Below, in pieces: positions 58,676-64,000 of a stretch of 64,000 nucleotides of DNA (the first letter of the stretch is position 1; each line of letters begins with the position of its first letter). The stretch is taken from contig CAWKNZ010000002.1 in assembly GCA_963851265.1 (NCBI GenBank), positions 1,120,001-1,184,000 of the forward strand. Direction: 5' to 3'. Origin of the DNA: an uncultured Gemmatimonadales bacterium (GTDB lineage: Bacteria; Gemmatimonadota; Gemmatimonadetes; Gemmatimonadales; Gemmatimonadaceae). The notes below the pieces were generated by a model. The model did no database searches. It had not been told where the DNA came from and worked only from the letters and a program-made list of their open reading frames with translations. Both the position numbers and the translations under genes were made by a program.

Positions 58676-59656
58676 TCAGCGCCCGCGCGCGTGTCCCGCG
58701 CGTTGCGCCTTGAGCTCGGCGTGCACGTCGCGCACGGCGACGCAGGTCGCGCCGTGCACGCAGTACCAGCCGTGGCGGTCGAAGAACACGAGATGCACGG
58801 TCGCCGTCCCCGCGACCTGCTCGTCTACCCGGTACAGCTGTTCGACGCACGTGCTCGGGCCGCAGCGCGCGCACGGGTCGAGCGCCTTGATCCGCACGAG
58901 CCGCGTGCCGGCCGTTGTTCCGGTGGCCGGTTTCCGACCGCCACGCCCGCGTGTGCCGGTCGACGTTGCGAGTCGCGCGGCAACACGGCCCAGCGGCTTC
59001 TCGTCGGCCACCGCCCGCCGCGCGAGCTTCGAGCGCGCCGACGAACCGGAAGCGATTTCCTTCGATGCGCCCCGCACGGGCACGCCTCGCACCTGCACCC
59101 CGAGCGCCGATTTCGATGCGTTCGTTCTGCCGGGCGCGACGCGAGCGGGCTCGCTCACGCGAGCTGACGACTTGCGCCCGACCACTTTCGGGGGTTGCAA
59201 AATCGCGGTCGCCGGCCTCGGCGCGACGGCGCGTGAGCGCGCCGTCGGCGGTTGAGCGCGGTCGGACGCGGCGCGCGTCGTCGAACCCGCGCCCGCGCGC
59301 GCGTTGGAAGGCGCAGACGCGGGCGCGGCGCCACGCGTCCGCGCTGTCTTGGCCGGCGCACCGACATCGCGCGCGCGCGGTGATCGCGGCGAGCCGGTGC
59401 TCGCCGCCGGGCGCGTCGGGGTCGGCACCGCGCGCGATACGGCGGCCTTCGTCGTCGCGACGCGCCCCACCCCCTTGCCGCCCTGCGCGCGTGTCGAGCT
59501 CGGCGACGCGCCGCGCGTGGCCACGACCGCAACGCTCTTCGACGCCGGTGCGCGCTTGTGTGCGGCCGCTCCGGTCTCTCCAGAACGCGACGGCGCGGCC
59601 TTGGCGATCGGCGACTTCGTGGGGGTACGGCGTGACGCAGAACGCGTGGACGGCAC
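58676..59656 (-). CDS. Hypothetical basic protein: long Ala/Arg/Lys/Ser/Thr-rich region plus small Cys/His C-terminal domain
   Basis: Low-complexity basic N-terminal ~250 aa; C-terminal VRIKALDPCARCG...HLVFFDRHGWYCVHGATC looks globular; start uncertain. Confidence 0.55.
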   Translation of the reverse strand: MPSTRSASRRTPTKSPIAKAAPSRSGETGAAAHKRAPASKSVAVVATRGASPSSTRAQGGKGVGRVATTKAAVSRAVPTPTRPAASTGSPRSPRARDVGAPAKTARTRGAAPASAPSNARAGAGSTTRAASDRAQPPTARSRAVAPRPATAILQPPKVVGRKSSARVSEPARVAPGRTNASKSALGVQVRGVPVRGASKEIASGSSARSKLARRAVADEKPLGRVAARLATSTGTRGRGGRKPATGTTAGTRLVRIKALDPCARCGPSTCVEQLYRVDEQVAGTATVHLVFFDRHGWYCVHGATCVAVRDVHAELKAQRAGHARGR

Positions 59657-60016
59657 GTCGGCGGGGGCAGGAGAACGGGCGGCGTATCGGACCGAATATT
59701 ACCCGAAAGTCGCGGTTCGGTCAACGCGCCACGGACCCGCCGGACCGATCCGGCTAGTAGACGCTAAGTCGCTGCGCCGTAATGTTTTACACGGGATGGC
59801 GGCGACGAGTTCCGGCGGTGGATCCGCGGCCGCTCGCGAGCCCAGTCGCGCCGGACCACGCCGGCCGCCACGCCGCGTCCGTCGATTCGCCGATTGCCGA
59901 CCGGCAGGGCGCGAGAGTCGCGCGCCCGCATCGCCGCGGGGGGCGATCCGCGACGCGGTACGTGGCGCGCGACGTGCAACCGCGCCCCGACGACCACCCC
60001 TACCACGAGGATCGAC

Positions 60017-60547
60017 ATGGACCGCGGACGAGACTTTTTGAAGAGCCAGGTCAACAACGCCGTCATGCAGCACCAGACCTTCCTCAAGAATCTGGAGGAC
60101 CACGAGGGCCAGGCCGAAGACCAGCGCTTCCGCGACCTCTGCAGCCGGTACATCCCGGAGATGCGCGAGCACCAGCGGATGCTGGAGCAGTACCAGCAGT
60201 CGATTGGCGCCGAGGTGGGCGCCGGCAAGAAGGCGCTCGGCGCCGCGCTCGGCATCGCGCGCGACCTCGCCGACGCCACGCGCGAGAGCGACTTCCTCCG
60301 CCTCGTAGGTGACATCGTCACCGCGCGGCAGTCCGAGGACACCTTCGGCACGTTCGCCGCCGTGGGCGCGCAGATCGGCGAGCCGCAGCTCACGCACCTC
60401 GGCGAGATGGGGCAGCGGCATCACGAGCAGTACGTGCGTGACGCGAACAACCTCGTCGCGCAGCTCTTCGTCGACCACGTCCGCGACACAGCGCCCGGCG
60501 CGTCCAGCACGAGTTCGCTCGGCTCCGAGCCGCGCGCCGCGTACTGA
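60017..60547 (+). CDS. Hypothetical ferritin-like four-helix protein
   Basis: SD gagg, strong codon bias, helical pattern with ExxH-like segments (EMREH, HHEQY). Confidence 0.6.
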   Translation: MDRGRDFLKSQVNNAVMQHQTFLKNLEDHEGQAEDQRFRDLCSRYIPEMREHQRMLEQYQQSIGAEVGAGKKALGAALGIARDLADATRESDFLRLVGDIVTARQSEDTFGTFAAVGAQIGEPQLTHLGEMGQRHHEQYVRDANNLVAQLFVDHVRDTAPGASSTSSLGSEPRAAY

Positions 60548-60568
60548 GACGTCGACGCCCCGCGCGGA

Positions 60569-60632
60569 GGCGCGCAAAGCTAACGGTCCCGCGCGTGGCA
60601 CCCCACGCGCGGGACCGTTAGCTTTGCGCGCC
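60569..60632. repeat. Perfect 30-bp inverted repeat with 4-nt loop
   Basis: ggcgcgcaaagctaacggtcccgcgcgtgg-cacc-ccacgcgcgggaccgttagctttgcgcgcc. Confidence 0.9.
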
Positions 60633-61634
60633 ATGCAACCCGCCGCCGACGTCGTCTCGCTCGCCGCCGAGCTGCTCGCCGCGCAGTCGTCGACCGGCGC
60701 CGAGGGCCCGGCGGTCGATTTCGTATCAGGGTGGCTCATTCGCCGCGGATGGGACGTCATGCTGCAGGAGGTCTCGCCGGGCCGCAGCAACGTCTGGGCG
60801 ACCCGCCGCGGCGGCGGCGTGACCTTCTCGACGCATCTCGACACCGTTCCGCCCTACTATCCCCCGCGGCTCGAGGGCAGCCGCCTGTACGGGCGCGGGT
60901 CGGCCGACGCCAAGGGCATCGCGGCCGCGATGATGGTCGCCGCGGATCGACTCGCCCGCGCGGGCGAGGAGCGCATCGACCTCCTCTTCGTCGTCGGCGA
61001 GGAGAAGGGCTCGGACGGCGCGCGGGCGGCGAATCACCTGCCGGCCACGAGCGCGTGGCTCGTCAACGGCGAGCCCACCGAGAGCAAGCTCGCGAGCGGG
61101 GCCAAGGGCTCGCTCCGCGTGACGGTTCGCACGCGCGGCCGCGAGGCCCACTCCGCGTACGCCCACCTGGGCCGGTCCGCGATCGACCCGCTCGTCGACC
61201 TGCTGTCGGGCCTGCGCACCCGGTCGTGGCCCGCAGACGACGCCCTCGGCGCGACGACCTACAACGTGGGCGTCATCCGCGGCGGGTCCGAGGCCAACAT
61301 CGTGCCGGCCGCGGCGGAGGCGGAACTCATGTTCCGAGTCGTCGGCGACCCCGCTCCGGTGCGCTCCCAGCTGACGGAATGGGCCGACGGCACGGCCCAA
61401 CTCGAATGGGGTTCGTACATTCCGGCCCAACGATTCCACACGATCGACGGGTTCGAGATCGCGCCGGTGTCGTACACCTCGGACATCCCGCTGCTCGGGC
61501 GTTGGGGAACGCCGTTGCTGTTCGGGCCCGGATCGATCACGGTCGCGCACACGCCGGACGAGTACGTGGCGGTCGGCGAACTGCGCGAGAGCGTCGACGC
61601 GTACGCGAGCATCGCGCGCGCGCTGCTCGCCTAA
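60633..61634 (+). CDS. M20 family metallo-hydrolase (ArgE/DapE-like)
   Basis: HLDTV, GRGSADAKG, GEE, GEPT, AHS, AHTPDE. Confidence 0.9.
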   Translation: MQPAADVVSLAAELLAAQSSTGAEGPAVDFVSGWLIRRGWDVMLQEVSPGRSNVWATRRGGGVTFSTHLDTVPPYYPPRLEGSRLYGRGSADAKGIAAAMMVAADRLARAGEERIDLLFVVGEEKGSDGARAANHLPATSAWLVNGEPTESKLASGAKGSLRVTVRTRGREAHSAYAHLGRSAIDPLVDLLSGLRTRSWPADDALGATTYNVGVIRGGSEANIVPAAAEAELMFRVVGDPAPVRSQLTEWADGTAQLEWGSYIPAQRFHTIDGFEIAPVSYTSDIPLLGRWGTPLLFGPGSITVAHTPDEYVAVGELRESVDAYASIARALLA

Positions 61635-61647
61635 CGCTCGCCGGTCC

Positions 61648-62799
61648 GTGTCGTCCCGCGATCCGGTACCCCTCGCGCGCGCGGACGCGTACCCCGTCCC
61701 CGTCGGCGGCCCGTGGCCGGTCGCGATCCTCGGCGCGACCGGCGCGGTCGGGCAGACCTTTCTGCGGTTGCTCGCCGGACACCCGTGGTTCCGCGTGACG
61801 GAGCTCGCCGCGTCCGAGCGCTCGGCAGGACGCCGCTACGCGGACGCGACGCGGTGGCTCGAAGGCGAGCTGCCCGACGCGCATCGCGACGCGACGGTGC
61901 TGCCGTGCGACCCCGCGGCCGTGACCGCACCGATCGTGTTCAGTGCGCTCGACAGCGGCGCCGCGGAAGCGGTCGAACCGGCGTTCGCCGCCGACGGCCG
62001 ACTGGTGCTGAGCAACGCGAAGAACTACCGCATGGCGGCGGACGTGCCGTTGCTCATCCCCGAGGTGAACTGGCCGCAGGCCGCGCTGCTCGACGCGCAG
62101 CCCGCCGTTCGCGGCTGGCCGGCCGGAGGCGCGCTCGTGACCAACGCCAACTGCTCTGCCACCGTCATCGCGATGGCGCTCGCCCCACTGCAGGCGGCCT
62201 TCGGCGTGGAGCGGGTGTTCGTGGCGACGATGCAGGCCGTCTCCGGCGCGGGATATCCGGGCGTGCCGTCACTTGACATCCTCGGGAACGTGATCCCGTA
62301 CATCGGCGACGAGGAGCCGAAGATCGAGGCCGAATTGCGCAAGCTCCTGGGCACGACCGAAGGGAGCGTCGCGCGCGACGCCTCGGTTCGCGTTGCGGCG
62401 CACGCGAACCGCGTTGCGGTGGAGCACGGACACACCGCGTGCCTCTCGGTCGGACTCGCGCGGCCCGCGTCGCCCGCCGACGTGACCGAGGCGATGCGCG
62501 CGTGGCGCGGGCCGGACGGGGTGGGCGCATGGCTCGCGCGCTGCCCGAGCGCGCCCGCGACGCCCCTCATCGTCGCCGATGCAGCCGACCGGCCGCAACC
62601 CCGGCGCGACCGCGACGCGGGCGCCGGGATGGCCGTGACGGTGGGCCGCGTCCGTGAGGACCCGCTCCTCGACGTGCGTCTCGTCGCGATGGGACACAAC
62701 ACGATCCGCGGCGCGGCGGGCGGCTCCGTGCTCAACGCCGAACTCCTCGCGTTGGGCGCGCCGCCGTGCGGCGGCCCGGTCGGGCCGTTCCGCCGGTGA
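61648..62799 (+). CDS. asd: Aspartate-semialdehyde dehydrogenase
   Basis: LGATGAVGQ, NANC, QAVSGAG, EEPK, HNTIRGAAG; start uncertain. Confidence 0.94.
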   Translation: MSSRDPVPLARADAYPVPVGGPWPVAILGATGAVGQTFLRLLAGHPWFRVTELAASERSAGRRYADATRWLEGELPDAHRDATVLPCDPAAVTAPIVFSALDSGAAEAVEPAFAADGRLVLSNAKNYRMAADVPLLIPEVNWPQAALLDAQPAVRGWPAGGALVTNANCSATVIAMALAPLQAAFGVERVFVATMQAVSGAGYPGVPSLDILGNVIPYIGDEEPKIEAELRKLLGTTEGSVARDASVRVAAHANRVAVEHGHTACLSVGLARPASPADVTEAMRAWRGPDGVGAWLARCPSAPATPLIVADAADRPQPRRDRDAGAGMAVTVGRVREDPLLDVRLVAMGHNTIRGAAGGSVLNAELLALGAPPCGGPVGPFRR

Positions 62800-62863
62800 C
62801 GGTCGTCGCGCTCGTGACCGCGCCGGCGTCCGCCGGCTTGCCGCGCGCCGCGGCTGGCCGACC

Positions 62864-64000
62864 ATGATCGTCGTCAAGTTCGGCGGCACCTCCGTCGGTG
62901 ACGCCGACGCGATCGCGCGCGCCGCCGACATCGTGCGCGGGCGCGTCGTCGCCCGTCCGCTCGTCGTCGTCTCGGCGATGGCCGGCGTGACCAACGCGCT
63001 GCTCGCACTCGCGGAGCAGGCCGCGCGCGGACACCTCGTCGGTGCGCTGAGCGGGGTGTCCACGCTCCGGGAGCGCCATCTCGCGGCGGTTGCCGCGCTG
63101 GCGCCCGGCGACGACGGGCACGAGGTGGCCGCCGACGTGAGCGCGTCGTTCGACGAACTCGCGCGACTGGCCGAGGCGCTCAGCGTGTTCGGCTATCTCA
63201 CGCCGCGAACCCTCGACGCGATCGCCGCGCAAGGCGAGCTCCTGTCGGCGCCGATCGTCGCCGCCGCGCTCCGCGCCCGCGGCGTCGCGACCGAGGTCGT
63301 CGACCCGCGCCAGCTCATGATCACCGACGACGCGTTCGGGCGCGCCGAGCCGCAGCACGAGGCGATCGCGGCGGCCGCGCGCGAGCGCGTACTGCCGCTG
63401 CTGCGCGAGGGCCGCCTTCCCGTGACCGGCGGATTCGTCGGCGCGACGCGCGACGGGATCACCACCACGCTGGGGCGTGGCGGCTCGGACTACAGCGCGT
63501 CGCTCCTCGGCGCCGCGCTCCAGGCCGACGCGATCGAAATCTGGACCGACGTCGACGGGATGCTCACGGCCGACCCGCGCGTGGTGCCGCACGCGCGCCT
63601 CATCGACCGGATCCGATTCGACGAGGCATCGGAGCTCGCGAGCTTCGGCGCGAAGGTGTTGCACCCGAGCACGATCACGCCCGCGGTGCGGCGGGGCATC
63701 CCCGTGTACGTGTACAACTCGCGGCACCCGGAAGGAACCGGCACGTTGATCACCGCGGACGCGCCGCGCCGCGCCGTAAGCGCCGTCGCCGCCAAGAGCG
63801 ACGTCACGGTGGTGAAGTTACGCTCCGCGCGCATGCTGCTGGCGCACGGGTACCTGCGAAACGTGTTCGACGTGTTCAATCGCCACGACACCTCCGTCGA
63901 CGTGATCGCGACCTCCGAGGTGTCGCTCAGCGTCACGCTCGACGACGCGTCCCGCCTCGACGCGCTCGTGGCGGACCTGCGCGCCTTCGGCGACGTCAGC
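62864..64000 (+). CDS. lysC: Aspartate kinase, 3' end beyond the window
   Basis: Translated by hand: MIVVKFGGTSVGD, VVSAMAGVTN, TTLGRGGSDYSA, WTDVDG.LTADPR, FGAKVLHP, start of an ACT domain. Confidence 0.95.
   Translation, partial: MIVVKFGGTSVGDADAIARAADIVRGRVVARPLVVVSAMAGVTNALLALAEQAARGHLVGALSGVSTLRERHLAAVAALAPGDDGHEVAADVSASFDELARLAEALSVFGYLTPRTLDAIAAQGELLSAPIVAAALRARGVATEVVDPRQLMITDDAFGRAEPQHEAIAAAARERVLPLLREGRLPVTGGFVGATRDGITTTLGRGGSDYSASLLGAALQADAIEIWTDVDGMLTADPRVVPHARLIDRIRFDEASELASFGAKVLHPSTITPAVRRGIPVYVYNSRHPEGTGTLITADAPRRAVSAVAAKSDVTVVKLRSARMLLAHGYLRNVFDVFNRHDTSVDVIATSEVSLSVTLDDASRLDALVADLRAFGDVS

Noticed and set aside
57304..59656. Prophage remnant at tRNA-Gly/Leu suggested by the Sak-like gene
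   Set aside because: No att duplication, integrase, structural genes or composition shift.
59765..59789. AT-richer imperfect palindrome taagtcgctg-N5-taatgtttta, possibly dif/Xer-like
   Set aside because: Only about half of the arm positions pair and it does not match the dif consensus.
4879..61636. GTTAGGC sites read as an integron cassette array
   Set aside because: No integrase, no paired RYYYAAC...GTTRRRY attC hairpins at gene ends, and most sites lie inside core genes.
620..63370. Frequent GCGATCGC (cyanobacterial HIP1 sequence)
   Set aside because: Plausibly explained by preferred codons for Ala-Ile-Ala (GCG ATC GCN); not claimed without a codon-aware test.
1..64000. CRISPR arrays, IS elements, rRNA, toxin-antitoxin or defence genes
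   Set aside because: No regularly spaced repeats or recognisable motifs found.

Overview
High-GC (roughly 72-74% by eye) bacterial chromosomal segment, mostly + strand housekeeping genes. Gene content and order suggest Gemmatimonadota (Gemmatirosa-like); this is inference only. Left to right: two divergent Wzi-like outer-membrane proteins; tRNA-Val(CAC) and tRNA-Ile2(CAT); rmlC-rmlD; heptose kinase; mlaE-F-D; asparaginase II, a CMD-family gene, obgE, dprA, hemW, hrcA, dnaJ, prmA, rsmE, HIT, yqeY; mutS2, dnaG, recJ, rsmD, coaD, pta; an orphan RsbV/W/U module; rsmA; a TPP riboswitch ahead of a TonB-dependent receptor; a NadR-like kinase with no canonical start; rex with a perfect operator, divergent from arcA; infC (AUC start)-rpmI-rplT-pheST-zapA-rny-folD-xseAB-ispA-dxs-nadK-recN; a GH125-like gene; tRNA-Gly and tRNA-Leu(TAA); a Rad52-like protein with Zn finger and SSB-like tail; a histone-H1-like protein; a ferritin-like protein; and M20 peptidase-asd-lysC. 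No CRISPR array, transposase, integrase or rRNA was seen. The most unexpected signal is the octamer CGTTAGGC/GCCTAACG, with 12 exact copies written into housekeeping genes through the otherwise rare TTA codon.
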